From positions 139,767-203,766 of the forward strand of contig CAKPEI010000002.1 in the NCBI GenBank assembly GCA_934149365.1: DNA of 64,000 bases, given 5' to 3'. Position numbers and translations under genes: made by a program. Shown in pieces: positions 38,633 through 48,640 of the stretch (position 1 is its first letter; every line of letters begins with the position of its first letter). This DNA comes from an uncultured Clostridia bacterium (GTDB taxonomy: Bacteria; Bacillota; Clostridia; TANB77; CAG-465). The notes under the pieces were generated by a model. The model ran no database searches. It was not told the origin of the DNA and saw only the letters and a program-made list of their open reading frames with translations.

Positions 38633-38661
38633 TTGACAGGTAAAAAAATATAATATAAAAT
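38633..38661 (+). promoter_or_regulatory. promoter of leader L3 (TTGACA-N17-TAAAAT)
   Basis: Consensus hexamers with a 17-nt spacer, 40 nt upstream of the leader ORF. Confidence 0.45.
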
Positions 38662-38699
38662 CAAATGTAGAGAATAAAAAACAAAGGAGTGAAAAAATA

Positions 38700-38771
<72 letters not shown>

Positions 38772-38834
38772 TATCTAGAAATAAACTAGATAGAGGTTTT
38801 TGCACTCAAAAAATAGATATATTAGATAAAATAA

Positions 38835-38874
38835 AGTTAGTTATACAGAGTAAAAAGTATAGCTAGCTTTTTTG
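38835..38874 (+). terminator. intrinsic terminator/attenuator of leader L3
   Basis: AGTTAGTTATAC-agagtaaaaa-GTATAGCTAGCT followed by TTTTTT. Coordinates may be off by 1. Confidence 0.55.
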
Positions 38875-38953
38875 CGTTTAAAACAAGGTATAACCATTGC
38901 ATTAAGCAATGTAAATATACAATATTAAGTTTTATATGAAATGGGAGGTAAAA

Positions 38954-39904
38954 ATGATGAAAAACTTAAGAAAAAACAAAAGCGGAATATCACTGATAGT
39001 ACTAGTAATAACAATAATAGTAATGATAATACTAGCCGCAGCAATAATATTATCGCTATCAAACAGTGGAATAATAGGAAAGGCGAATACTGGTAAGACA
39101 GAATATTCTTTAGCTAGCATAAGAGAAAAAATAGGACTTGAATTGTTAGAGCAAAAGCTTAATGATAATGTAAGCAAAGAAAACGTGGAAAGTGTACTAT
39201 CAAAATATGGAGAAGTAACGTATGAAGATGAAGGAAAAAATATAATTAGGGGAGTTAAAGTAAAAGAATATGATAAAGAAATATTAATTTCAGAAATAGC
39301 AGAAGAATATGCACTTCCAAAGATAGAAGACTTTGAATATACGTTTGATTTTGAAATGGCGGCAAAGCAAATTCCGCTTGATCAAGGAAATTTGAATAAA
39401 TCGAGTAATGTAGTTGCTGTGTCATATAAAAAAGGCGAAATAGAAACAGCATGGTTTACAGATAGTTTTTCAAAAAAAGGTCTTAAGCTTTGTTATAATA
39501 ATTCTCCAAAAGAAACGGGTAAAAGAAATGTACAAAATGTAAACTTTAGTACATTAAAAATTGGATCTGGACAATTTTCAATGAGTGTAACAGGAAATAT
39601 GACAGAGTGGACAAGTGAAACGTTGAAATGGAATAAACCAATAACCAAGGAAATAATTTTGGAAAATACATCGTCTGAGGAAATGACTGGTAGTTACATA
39701 GTATATTTAGTGGGAAAAGATATAGAAGTAAGTGATAATGTACAAAAGTGTTTAAAGATAAGAATAAAGGATGAAAATGGAAATCTTGTAAAAGTATTTT
39801 CACCTAGAGAAGTGTTTTCTGGAACTACACTTGTAACAGGAGTTATACAACCAGGTGAAACAGCCAAATATACCATAGAATTTGAATTACATTTTGATAT
39901 ATAA
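38954..39904 (+). CDS. prepilin-like N-terminus protein, paralog 3 (MMKNLRKNKSG|ISLIVLVITIIVMIILAAAIILSLSNSGIIGKA..., distinct C-terminal domain)
   Basis: ATG 38954 after a GGGAGG site; the ORF-track start at 38936 overlaps the ribosome-binding site. The N-terminal 45 aa are near-identical to paralogs 2 and 4. A terminator hairpin follows at about 39918-39952. Confidence 0.55.
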   Translation: MMKNLRKNKSGISLIVLVITIIVMIILAAAIILSLSNSGIIGKANTGKTEYSLASIREKIGLELLEQKLNDNVSKENVESVLSKYGEVTYEDEGKNIIRGVKVKEYDKEILISEIAEEYALPKIEDFEYTFDFEMAAKQIPLDQGNLNKSSNVVAVSYKKGEIETAWFTDSFSKKGLKLCYNNSPKETGKRNVQNVNFSTLKIGSGQFSMSVTGNMTEWTSETLKWNKPITKEIILENTSSEEMTGSYIVYLVGKDIEVSDNVQKCLKIRIKDENGNLVKVFSPREVFSGTTLVTGVIQPGETAKYTIEFELHFDI

Positions 39905-40231
39905 AATTTTAAATGAGAGGAAGCAAGTTACACTTACTTGTTTCTTTTTATTGCATATAAATGAACTGTAATAAAAATGTAATATAAATAGTATTGAAAA
40001 AAGTAATTGCATAGGTAAATTAAAAATTGGTCAAAGGAATGCTTTGAGAATTGAATTTAAATTTATTGGATATATTGAATATCAAGAAGATAAGTAGAAA
40101 AAAGAGGATAAGCAGATTTAATTTGTTTATCCTATTTGATATATAATATCAAATATAGTTACATTTGCTCTTGCATAATCTATGACATTAATAGTATAAT
40201 TATTGTGTACTAAAGACTTGAGGTGAAACGT

Positions 40232-41329
40232 ATGAAACTAGAGGAATTAACATTAAAAGAAAGAATAGGGCAAATGTTCATGGTTGGTATGCCAGGAACA
40301 GAAATTGATGATATAACTAGAGAACTTATAACTAAGTATAAAGTAGGGGGAATTATACTTTACAGAAAAAATATACTTAGTTTAGAACATTTTGTTCATT
40401 TGTTAAATAGTTTAAGAGAATTAAATAAAGGAAATAAAGTACCTCTAATTATAGGGATAGACCAAGAGGGTGGAAGAGTAAATAGAATGCCTAGCAAGAT
40501 AAATAATCTTGCTAATGCTAAACTTATTGCAAATGTTGGTGGCCCAGATTTATGTTATAAATCAGGTAAAGTACTTGGAGAAATGTTAAAAGAATTTAAT
40601 ATAAATATGAACTTTGCACCTGTACTTGATATAGGTGGCTTTAGAGATAGTCATCCACTTGGAAATAGATGCCTTGGAGAAAATGCGGAAGAGGTATCAA
40701 AAAATGGTATAGCATTAATGAATGGCATAAAATACCACAATGTAATATCTACAATAAAACATTTTCCTGGCCACGGAGCAAGTAAAATAGATTCTCATGT
40801 ATTTATGCCTACTGTGTATAAAAGTGTAAAAAGATTAAAAACAGAAGATATGCTTCCTTTTATAAATGCTATAAAATCTGGAGCAGATAGCATAATGGTA
40901 GGACATCTTTTAATAGCAGATGTTAATTCTATATATCCTGCATCCTTATCTGATAGAGTAATTACTAAAATATTGAGAAAAGATTTAGGATATAATGGGC
41001 TAGTAGTAACAGATGATTTATCTATGAAAGGAATTACTTTCCTATTTGGAATAACACATGCGACAATGAAAGCAATTACAGCTGGGGCAGATATTGTGAT
41101 GATAAATAAAGAACACAAGAGCAAAATAAGAATAATGAATAATCTGTTTAAGATATGTAAGAAAAACACAAGATTTACTAGTACTAGAATAAATGAAAGC
41201 GTTAGAAGAATATTAGAAATGAAAGAAAAATATGAAATAGAAGATAAAATAATAACGGAATATAATATTGATAGAATAAATGAAGAAGTAGAAGAAATAA
41301 ATAACATAGCAAGAGGAAATATTGAATAA
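40232..41329 (+). CDS. nagZ: beta-N-acetylhexosaminidase (glycoside hydrolase family 3, NagZ-like)
   Basis: GH3 N-terminal domain motifs: GQMFMVG, IGIDQEGGRV.R, KHFPGHG, and the catalytic region ...VVTDDLSMKG. ATG 40232 after GAGGTG. Confidence 0.75.
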   Translation: MKLEELTLKERIGQMFMVGMPGTEIDDITRELITKYKVGGIILYRKNILSLEHFVHLLNSLRELNKGNKVPLIIGIDQEGGRVNRMPSKINNLANAKLIANVGGPDLCYKSGKVLGEMLKEFNINMNFAPVLDIGGFRDSHPLGNRCLGENAEEVSKNGIALMNGIKYHNVISTIKHFPGHGASKIDSHVFMPTVYKSVKRLKTEDMLPFINAIKSGADSIMVGHLLIADVNSIYPASLSDRVITKILRKDLGYNGLVVTDDLSMKGITFLFGITHATMKAITAGADIVMINKEHKSKIRIMNNLFKICKKNTRFTSTRINESVRRILEMKEKYEIEDKIITEYNIDRINEEVEEINNIARGNIE

Positions 41330-41566
41330 ATTGAAGTTTGGCTGCTTTATAGCAGCTTTACTTTTTTGCATAAAAAAAGCAAGGAACTATATAATTCCTT
41401 GCTAAACAAAAGTAAAATATATATTGAAAAGAGTGTTTATGAAAATGGGTGTTTTGTATTGTAAATACAAATATATTATAGTAGAATAGATGAGAGAAAA
41501 ATGTAGAAGTTTGGAAGTAAAGCTTAAAAATAACATAAAGTTTTGTCGAAAGGAAATTGTGGTTAA

Positions 41567-42880
41567 ATGGTAGTTAATATAATAGGGGCAGGACTAGCCG
41601 GCTCAGAGTGTGCAAATATAATTGCTAAGAATGGTATAAATGTAAGATTATATGAAATGAAACCAAACAAAAAAAGTGCTGCTCACGTAAGCAATAATTT
41701 TGGAGAACTTGTTTGTAGTAATTCATTAAAATCGAATAGTATTACTAATGCTTGTGGACTTTTAAAAGAAGAGATGAGAAGATTAGGAAGTTTAGTTATA
41801 AAGGCAGCAGATGTAACTAAAGTTGAAGCAGGACAGGCTTTAGCTGTAAATAGAGATGATTTTTCTAGTTATATAACTGAAGAAATAAAGAAAAATAGTT
41901 TAATTGAAATAGTAAGTAAAGAAATAGTAGACTTAAATGAATTTGAAAAAGATGATATAGTTGTTATTGCAACAGGCCCTCTTACAAGTGATAGTTTATC
42001 TAAAACTATTAATTCATATATTGGTCAAGATGAGTTGTATTTTTATGATGCTGCAGCTCCAATAGTTACCAAAGAGAGTTTAGACATGGAAAAAGTGTAT
42101 AAAAAAGATAGGTACGGTGAACTTGGAAAAGGAGATTATTTAAATGCTTCTATGAGTGAGGAAGAGTACAATACTTTTTATGATTTACTAGTAAATGCAG
42201 AGAGCGCGGATAGACATTCATTTGATAAATTAGAATTCTTCGAAGGATGTATGCCTATTGAAGAGATGGCAAGAAGAGGGAAACAAACTTTGGTTTTTGG
42301 ACCATTAAAACCAGTTGGACTAAACAAAAATGATGGTGAAAAACCTTTTGCAGTATTGCAACTTAGAGCAGAAAATAAAGAAGAAACGTTATATAATCTA
42401 GTTGGTTTCCAGACTAGTCTTAAGTTTAAAGAGCAGGAAAAAGTTTTTAGAAGTATTCCAGGGCTAGAAAATGCAGAGTTTGTTAGATATGGTGTAATGC
42501 ACAGAAATACATATATAAATGCACCTAAAATATTAAATGATAAATTTAATATGAAAGAAAGACCGAATATATATTTTGCAGGTCAAATATCAGGTGTAGA
42601 GGGATATGTAGAATCTGCTGCTTCTGGACTTATGGTAGGATATAACATAGTATGCAGAATAAAAAACAAAAAGATTAAATTTCCAAGCTATACAATGTTA
42701 GGAAGTTTGGCTAAACATGTTAGCATGGAAAATAAGGACTATCAGCCAATGAATGCTAATTTTGGAATAATTCAGCCATTAGATAAAAAAATAAAAGATA
42801 AAAAGTTGAAATATGAAATGTACGCAAAAAGAGCGTTGGAGAGTATAGAGGTGCAAAAAAATGAGTTTGAAAATTCTTGA
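41567..42880 (+). CDS. trmFO: methylenetetrahydrofolate--tRNA-(uracil54-C5)-methyltransferase TrmFO
   Basis: FAD-binding N-terminus VNIIGAGLAGSE; conserved TrmFO/Gid architecture, 437 aa. Confidence 0.88.
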   Translation: MVVNIIGAGLAGSECANIIAKNGINVRLYEMKPNKKSAAHVSNNFGELVCSNSLKSNSITNACGLLKEEMRRLGSLVIKAADVTKVEAGQALAVNRDDFSSYITEEIKKNSLIEIVSKEIVDLNEFEKDDIVVIATGPLTSDSLSKTINSYIGQDELYFYDAAAPIVTKESLDMEKVYKKDRYGELGKGDYLNASMSEEEYNTFYDLLVNAESADRHSFDKLEFFEGCMPIEEMARRGKQTLVFGPLKPVGLNKNDGEKPFAVLQLRAENKEETLYNLVGFQTSLKFKEQEKVFRSIPGLENAEFVRYGVMHRNTYINAPKILNDKFNMKERPNIYFAGQISGVEGYVESAASGLMVGYNIVCRIKNKKIKFPSYTMLGSLAKHVSMENKDYQPMNANFGIIQPLDKKIKDKKLKYEMYAKRALESIEVQKNEFENS

Positions 42881-43814
42881 TGATAAAATAAAAAGCAAGG
42901 ACGTATCAGGAGTATATTTATTTTATGGAGACGAAGAGTTTGACAAAGAAAGATATGAAGAAAAAATCAAGAAATGCTTTGATAATTTAGAAGTGGGAGT
43001 TAATCTATATATTTTAGATAAAACGAATATAGATATGCTTGCTGATTTGTGTGATTTAGTTTCTTTTTTAGGCTCTAAGAAATTAATAATAGTAAAAGAA
43101 ACAGGTCTTAAATTTAATACAAGTATATTAGATAATATAAATGAGGATACTACAATTATAATAGAGGAAAAAAGTGTAGATAAAAGAACAAGCGAATGGA
43201 AATATTTAAGTAAAAATCATATATGCATAGAATTTTCAAAATTAAACGATAAAGAAGCTGCACAGTATGTTATAAAAACATTAGGACTATATGGTATAAG
43301 GGTTACACCAGATGTTGCAGATTACATGATTGCAAGTTGTACATCTGATAAATTGTTATTAATAAATGAGTTTAAGAAAATAACAGCTTACTTAAATAGT
43401 GGCGATGAACTTACAAAAGATGTTATCGATTATATATGTGTAAAAACCTTGAATGCGAAAGTGTTTGATATGCTTGATTTAGCAGTAAATAAAAAGCATG
43501 ATAAAGCTACAAAGAAACTTAAAGAACTGTTAGAGCAAAAAGAGTCTGCTATAGGAATAAGCATAATGCTTTTCAAACAAGTTAAGCAAATGTATATGAT
43601 AAAACTTTTAGAGCTAGACGGACACATTTCAAACGTTGCAGAAACACTGGGAATACATCCTTTTGTGTATAGAAAGTTAAGTTATGCTGTTAAGAATTAT
43701 ACAATTGACGAACTTAGGAAAATATTACTTGAAATTTCAGAGTATGATGAAAAAACTAAATTAGGTGAAATGGATATGGAAATTGGGCTAATTCAAATAG
43801 TCACGTCTATGTAA
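42861..43814 (+). CDS. holA: DNA polymerase III subunit delta
   Basis: N-terminus ...VYLFYGDEEF...; 317 aa; the position upstream of gpr is conserved in Clostridia. It overlaps the trmFO 3' end by 20 nt. Confidence 0.7.
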   Translation: MSLKILDDKIKSKDVSGVYLFYGDEEFDKERYEEKIKKCFDNLEVGVNLYILDKTNIDMLADLCDLVSFLGSKKLIIVKETGLKFNTSILDNINEDTTIIIEEKSVDKRTSEWKYLSKNHICIEFSKLNDKEAAQYVIKTLGLYGIRVTPDVADYMIASCTSDKLLLINEFKKITAYLNSGDELTKDVIDYICVKTLNAKVFDMLDLAVNKKHDKATKKLKELLEQKESAIGISIMLFKQVKQMYMIKLLELDGHISNVAETLGIHPFVYRKLSYAVKNYTIDELRKILLEISEYDEKTKLGEMDMEIGLIQIVTSM

Positions 43815-43864
43815 TTGTTAGAATAAATTAAATAGCTTTTACTCATAATACATTAAAGAGGTGT

Positions 43865-44854
43865 ATGTATATGAATAAAAGCTATTTGAATTTTAGAACA
43901 GATATGGCAGATGAAAGAGTTGATACGTATAAAAAGGTACATAATTTAAGTGAAATTGATGGAATAAAAGTAGATAGCAAGACAAATGGCAAAATATCTA
44001 CAACAATAGTAGATGTACTTAATGATAATGGAAAAAACGCAGTGGGCAAAGAAATTGGAAAATATATAACTGTTGAGATGCAAGATGCACAGTATTTAGG
44101 TGAAGACGAGAAAGAAACTTTGATAAATGAACTAGCAGGAAATTTAGAAATTTTGGTAAATGGTGTGTTAAATGAAAAGAAAGAAATTTCTGTTTTAATA
44201 GTAGGACTTGGAAATGAATATGTTACGCCTGATGCTTTAGGACCTAAAGTGGTTTCATATGTGGATATAACAAGACATTTATTTAAATACGCTAAAGAGT
44301 ATGTTGAACCAGGAACAAAAGAAATAAGTGGAATATCTCCTGGTGTGCTCGGAACTACTGGTATAGAAACAAGTGAAATAATAACTTCAATAGTAAATAA
44401 AATATCACCTATGCTCGTTATAGTTATAGATAGTTTGGCTTCAATGAGTGTGTCAAGAGTTGGAAAGACTATACAAATGTCAAATACAGGAATAACTCCT
44501 GGAGCGGGCGTAGATAATAAAAGAGAAGCATTAAATAAAGAAACATTAGGTGTTCCCGTTATAGCGGTAGGAGTTCCTACAGTTGTGGATATGGCAACAA
44601 TAACCAATGAAGCAATAGATAAACTTACTGATAGTATAAAAAGAGAAGCCACAGAATATAGCAATTATGGAGTAGATGTAAATAAGATAAAAGAAGTGTT
44701 TGAACTTTTTGAAAGAGATGGTAGATATGGTATGATAGCAAATGCTTTAAATACAGAAAATTACATAGTTACTCCTAAAGAAATTGATGGCGTTATTTCT
44801 AAGATATCTGAAATAATAGCTAGTTCTATAAACACAGCGTTAAGGCCAAAATAA
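43865..44854 (+). CDS. gpr: germination protease (GPR endopeptidase, peptidase A25)
   Basis: 329 aa. ...ISVLIVGLGNEYVTPDALGPKVV..., ...VIAVGVPTVVD...; hallmark GPR motifs. Confidence 0.85.
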   Translation: MYMNKSYLNFRTDMADERVDTYKKVHNLSEIDGIKVDSKTNGKISTTIVDVLNDNGKNAVGKEIGKYITVEMQDAQYLGEDEKETLINELAGNLEILVNGVLNEKKEISVLIVGLGNEYVTPDALGPKVVSYVDITRHLFKYAKEYVEPGTKEISGISPGVLGTTGIETSEIITSIVNKISPMLVIVIDSLASMSVSRVGKTIQMSNTGITPGAGVDNKREALNKETLGVPVIAVGVPTVVDMATITNEAIDKLTDSIKREATEYSNYGVDVNKIKEVFELFERDGRYGMIANALNTENYIVTPKEIDGVISKISEIIASSINTALRPK

Positions 44855-44856
44855 AA

Positions 44857-44886
44857 CATCGCTCCTAATTGGAGCGATGCTTTTGT
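44857..44886. terminator. terminator hairpin between gpr (+) and a convergent gene (-)
   Basis: CATCGCTCC-taatt-GGAGCGATG followed by TTTTG. Confidence 0.55.
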
Positions 44887-45578
44887 CATATAATTATGAA
44901 ATAAATTGAGCTCGGGAACCCTTTTGTAGTAAAATCTTTTCTGAAAAGTTGGAATGTTATACCCTCTACAAAATATATGCGGTTGTAACCTAAAGCATGA
45001 AGCATAACATTACAGCCAGGGTAGAAATCATCAGAGTCCCAAACAAGTCTTTCCATACCGCGATATGCCGAGATAGTTGAAGTGTTTTTCTTAAGTTTTA
45101 CGTATGTGTCTTCTGTTAAGAAAAACAGTGAGTTGTTAAATTCGGGAATATCAGTCATAATGCAATCAATAGGAGAAGCATTTCCATCAGCAATAAGTGT
45201 GTTGACTGAAACTTCGTTTGGAGCGAATTCATCATCATAAGTGATAAATAATATTTCGTCGGGAATGTAACAGTCATTACGATGGAAATAATTCATTTCT
45301 TTTGCACACAAGTACTCCAGAAATACCCAATCTGATGCATATAGCTGTATAAAAGAAATACTTGCTACTCCGTCATCAGTAAATTGAATAAAATTTTTGG
45401 CCGCCGGCAAACTTAAATCTTCACTTGATAGGTAAGAAGTATCGATTACACTTTTATAGCAATCGTTACTTAAAAAAATCATTGTGCCTTTTTTCAAACA
45501 AAAGTAAGGCAACATCTTTAAAATACTTTTTTCCTCCCGCGGAACTACATGGGTTGATACTTTAATCATAGAAGCCAT
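44886..45578 (-). CDS. hypothetical protein (230 aa)
   Basis: ORF convergent with gpr; no recognised motif. Confidence 0.4.
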   Translation of the reverse strand: MASMIKVSTHVVPREEKSILKMLPYFCLKKGTMIFLSNDCYKSVIDTSYLSSEDLSLPAAKNFIQFTDDGVASISFIQLYASDWVFLEYLCAKEMNYFHRNDCYIPDEILFITYDDEFAPNEVSVNTLIADGNASPIDCIMTDIPEFNNSLFFLTEDTYVKLKKNTSTISAYRGMERLVWDSDDFYPGCNVMLHALGYNRIYFVEGITFQLFRKDFTTKGFPSSIYFIII

Positions 45579-45772
45579 AGTTAAACCTCCTTATTAATTA
45601 ATATAGAGCCTGAATTTGTCACAGGCTCATTATAGCATAGGTGGGTGCATAAATGCAATATATTGAGGGTTAAATTGAAATATGTATATTGAAAAAGCAT
45701 GATAAATATTATACAATATAGTAAAACTTAAACAGGGGATGATAAGCTGCTTAAGTGGTTAGGAGGAAAGGT

Positions 45773-46942
45773 ATGTATAAAAAAGTAATTTGTATTGCAT
45801 TTGCGCTACTATGTATTTTTAGTCTTACAACAGTAAATGCAGCTACTCAATCAAATTTTATAGATTTACAGGCATATAATGAAATCTATAAAATGAGTGA
45901 GGAAAGTGATGTTTCACTTCCATTTATAAAAGTTTTCTCTGAAAAAGCAATATATGATAAACCTATAACTAAATCAGGTCTGTCTATAGCTTCGAAGGGA
46001 ATTAGTACAAATCAGAATATTGGGGGAGTTCAAACAATTATTTCTAATGATACCGTTCAAATTGATGGAACATTAGAATATGCCGTTATAATGGCTACAA
46101 ATGTAGAAATTACAGGAACAATAAGTAAAGATGTATTGATATTAGCAGAAAGTGTATTTATAACAGATAGCGCGACTATTGGTGGAGATGCTATTGTTAT
46201 GGCTAAAACTACTGAGTTAAAAGGAATTGTTGTTGGCAATTTTATAGCTAATTCTTCAAGCTTTCTAATGAATGGAACTGTAGGAAAAGACTTTAGAGTT
46301 CGTAGTGAAAACATTGAATTTAATAACTATACAATAGGTGGGAACATTTATGTAGAAACAAATTCGGATGTTAATTTGTCTGAAAAATATCCTGAGGCTG
46401 TTGTAGCAAAATTTCAAACAAATGTAGTAACTAAAGAAGAAAAGACTCAGCAGACTTTAAATAAAGTATATAAATGTGTTATAGCAATTGTATTATTTAC
46501 AATAACAAATATGATAATTAAGAAAATAAATCCTAATTTATTTACTAATATGGCAAACAAGGTTAAAAATAATTCTACATATGCAATTATTTTAGGAGTA
46601 CTTTCACTAGTTACAATACCGCTAGTTATATTCTTATTAGTAATATTATCAGCATTTGGCTTAAGTGCAATCACAATGCCTTTATTTGTTGCATATATAG
46701 CTCTAGTTATAATTACTATATCTTTAGCTAAATTTATAACTGGTTCTGTGTTATATGAATATATAAAGGAAAAAGCAAAAGCCAATACAAAATTAAAAGA
46801 GATTGCTACTTTAATAGGAATATTTGCTGGAATATACATATTATGCAATATTCCATATATTGCAGGTATAATGACAATGGCTACAGTTCTATTCTCTGCA
46901 GCTTCAGTTATAACTGCTATGACTAAGAAAAATAAAGAGTAA
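45773..46942 (+). CDS. secreted/membrane protein with bactofilin-like (polymer-forming, DUF583-type) beta-helical repeats and a C-terminal polytopic membrane domain
   Basis: ATG 45773 after GGAGG; the ORF-track start 45755 overlaps the ribosome-binding site. Signal peptide MYKKVICIAFALLCIFSLTTVNA; repeating I/V-x-G-x-I/V segments; 4-5 C-terminal transmembrane helices. Confidence 0.45.
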   Translation: MYKKVICIAFALLCIFSLTTVNAATQSNFIDLQAYNEIYKMSEESDVSLPFIKVFSEKAIYDKPITKSGLSIASKGISTNQNIGGVQTIISNDTVQIDGTLEYAVIMATNVEITGTISKDVLILAESVFITDSATIGGDAIVMAKTTELKGIVVGNFIANSSSFLMNGTVGKDFRVRSENIEFNNYTIGGNIYVETNSDVNLSEKYPEAVVAKFQTNVVTKEEKTQQTLNKVYKCVIAIVLFTITNMIIKKINPNLFTNMANKVKNNSTYAIILGVLSLVTIPLVIFLLVILSAFGLSAITMPLFVAYIALVIITISLAKFITGSVLYEYIKEKAKANTKLKEIATLIGIFAGIYILCNIPYIAGIMTMATVLFSAASVITAMTKKNKE

Positions 46943-47044
46943 AACTTGAAAATACAAAAAATAGTAGAAAATTTAAAAAAATAGAAAAAACATGTTGACA
47001 AAGCATGTTTTTTCTATTATAATATGTCTTGTCAGTAAAGAAAT

Positions 47045-47120
47045 GGGCGCATAGCTCAGTTGGGAGAGCATCTGCCTTACAAGCAGGGGGTCATAGGTTC
47101 GAGCCCTATTGTGCCCACCA
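47045..47120 (+). tRNA. tRNA-Val (anticodon TAC)
   Basis: GGGCGCATAGCTCAGTTGGGAGAGC..., anticodon loop CTTACAA, T arm GGTTCGAGCCC, CCA encoded. Confidence 0.85.
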
Positions 47121-47131
47121 TTTTTTTATTT

Positions 47132-47208
47132 GGCCTGGTAGTTCAGTTGGTTAGAACGCTAGCCTGTCACGCTAGAGGTCGTGGGTTCGAGTCCCATCCA
47201 GGTCGCCA
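47132..47208 (+). tRNA. tRNA-Asp (anticodon GTC)
   Basis: GGCCTGGTAGTTCAGTTGGTTAGAAC..., anticodon loop CTGTCAC. Confidence 0.85.
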
Positions 47209-47219
47209 TTTTTTTATAT

Positions 47220-47295
<76 letters not shown>

Positions 47296-47341
47296 ATAGT
47301 AGTACTAAAAGAAAATATGTTACATATAATATATTAAGAAC

Positions 47342-47417
47342 GCGGGAATAGCTCAGTTGATAGAGCGCTGCCTTGCCAAGGCAGAGGTCGCGGGTTTGAG
47401 CCCCGTTTCCCGCTCCA
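47342..47417 (+). tRNA. tRNA-Gly (anticodon GCC)
   Basis: GCGGGAATAGCTCAGTTGATAGAGC..., anticodon loop TTGCCAA. Confidence 0.85.
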
Positions 47418-47476
47418 AATTTTATGTACATAAGAAATGCTGCTTTGCATATGATGTAGTATAAAATATTATATAG

Positions 47477-47550
47477 GGCGCTATAGCCAAGTGGTAAGGC
47501 ACGAGTCTGCAAAACTCTGATCCCCGGTTCAAATCCGGGTGGCGCCTCCA
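47477..47550 (+). tRNA. tRNA-Cys (anticodon GCA)
   Basis: GGCGCTATAGCCAAGTGGTAAGGC..., anticodon loop CTGCAAA, T arm CCCGG-TTCAAAT-CCGGG; the short D loop is typical of tRNA-Cys. Confidence 0.75.
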
Positions 47551-47564
47551 AATAAATAAAAAAA

Positions 47565-47597
47565 CCGTATAAGTTTGTATGAGCTTATACGGTTTTT
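47565..47597 (+). terminator. rho-independent terminator after the tRNA cluster
   Basis: CCGTATAAG...CTTATACGG followed by TTTTT. Confidence 0.65.
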
Positions 47598-47693
47598 ATG
47601 TAGTTAACTCAAATATAACTAGTAATTTTTATCATGTTGCAAAAAATGTCGAAATAATATATAATTTGTATATATTTTGGAGAGGTTTTATTT

Positions 47694-48518
47694 ATGGAGA
47701 AAGAAATTAAGTTAAAAAGTAATAACGAAGAAAGTAACACCAAGATAACAGTATGGTTATTATTATCTTATTTTATAATATACAGTGTAATAGGGTATAT
47801 ACTAGAAACAGCATTTGGTATTTTAACCAAAGGAGTACTAGAAAGTAGGAAAGGTTTTTTATATGGACCTTTTTGCCCTATATATGGCTTAGGAGCAGTT
47901 GTAATGATACTGTCACTTAAGAAATTTACTAAGAATAATTATTTGCTTTTTACGGCAGGTGCAATAGTTGGTTCAATAGTCGAATACTTAGTTAGTTTCT
48001 TTGGCGAAGTTATTTTTAACACTAAGTGGTGGGATTATTCAGACCAGATATTAAATATAAATGGAAGGGTTTGCCTAAGTTTTGCTCTTATGTGGGGGTT
48101 ACTTTCTATTTATCTTATGCAGCATTTTAATCCTAAAGTGGACAAGTTTATTACTAATGTAAAAGGAAAAGCTAAAAATAATGTGTTAAAAGCTAGCATA
48201 TGCGTATTATCTGTTTTCTTACTTTTAGATATGATGATTACTTGTGTGGGAGTTAAAGTTTTTTATAGCAGAATAATATATACTTATGAACTTAATGTAG
48301 AAAATAAAGAAATGTATGTACAAGACTATGAAAAGCTAAAGTCAAATAGTAAAAAATATGAACTATATAACAAAATATTTTCTGATAAGTTTATGCTTAA
48401 GACATTCCCTAATCTTAAAATAGAGACTAAAGATGAAAATATAGTATATGTAAGAGATTTATTAAGTGATATATCTCCATATTATTTGAAATTATTTACA
48501 CCTAAATATAACAAGTAG
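47694..48518 (+). CDS. polytopic membrane protein, putative ABC-transporter type IV (CmpB-like, PF06541)
   Basis: GPFCPIYG motif and 5-6 transmembrane helices. Confidence 0.4.
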   Translation: MEKEIKLKSNNEESNTKITVWLLLSYFIIYSVIGYILETAFGILTKGVLESRKGFLYGPFCPIYGLGAVVMILSLKKFTKNNYLLFTAGAIVGSIVEYLVSFFGEVIFNTKWWDYSDQILNINGRVCLSFALMWGLLSIYLMQHFNPKVDKFITNVKGKAKNNVLKASICVLSVFLLLDMMITCVGVKVFYSRIIYTYELNVENKEMYVQDYEKLKSNSKKYELYNKIFSDKFMLKTFPNLKIETKDENIVYVRDLLSDISPYYLKLFTPKYNK

Positions 48519-48571
48519 TGTTAAAGGAAGTGATTTTTATTAATCATTTCCTTTTTTACGTATAATAGAAG

Positions 48572-48600
48572 TTGACATTTTACATAAAAAATAGTATACT
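48572..48600 (+). promoter_or_regulatory. sigma-A promoter of the zur-znuACB operon (TTGACA-N17-TATACT)
   Basis: Consensus hexamers with a 17-nt spacer, about 40 nt upstream of the zur ATG. Confidence 0.5.
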
Positions 48601-48612
48601 ATTTAAAGTTAT

Positions 48613-48627
48613 TGAGAATTATTATCA
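48613..48627 (+). promoter_or_regulatory. Fur-family (Zur) box, 7-1-7 inverted repeat TGAGAAT-T-ATTATCA
   Basis: An imperfect palindrome (one mismatch) between the -10 hexamer and the zur ribosome-binding site. It lies within the longer palindrome TTATTGAGAATTATTATCAATAA. Confidence 0.5.
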
Positions 48628-48640
48628 ATAAGGAGAGAAT

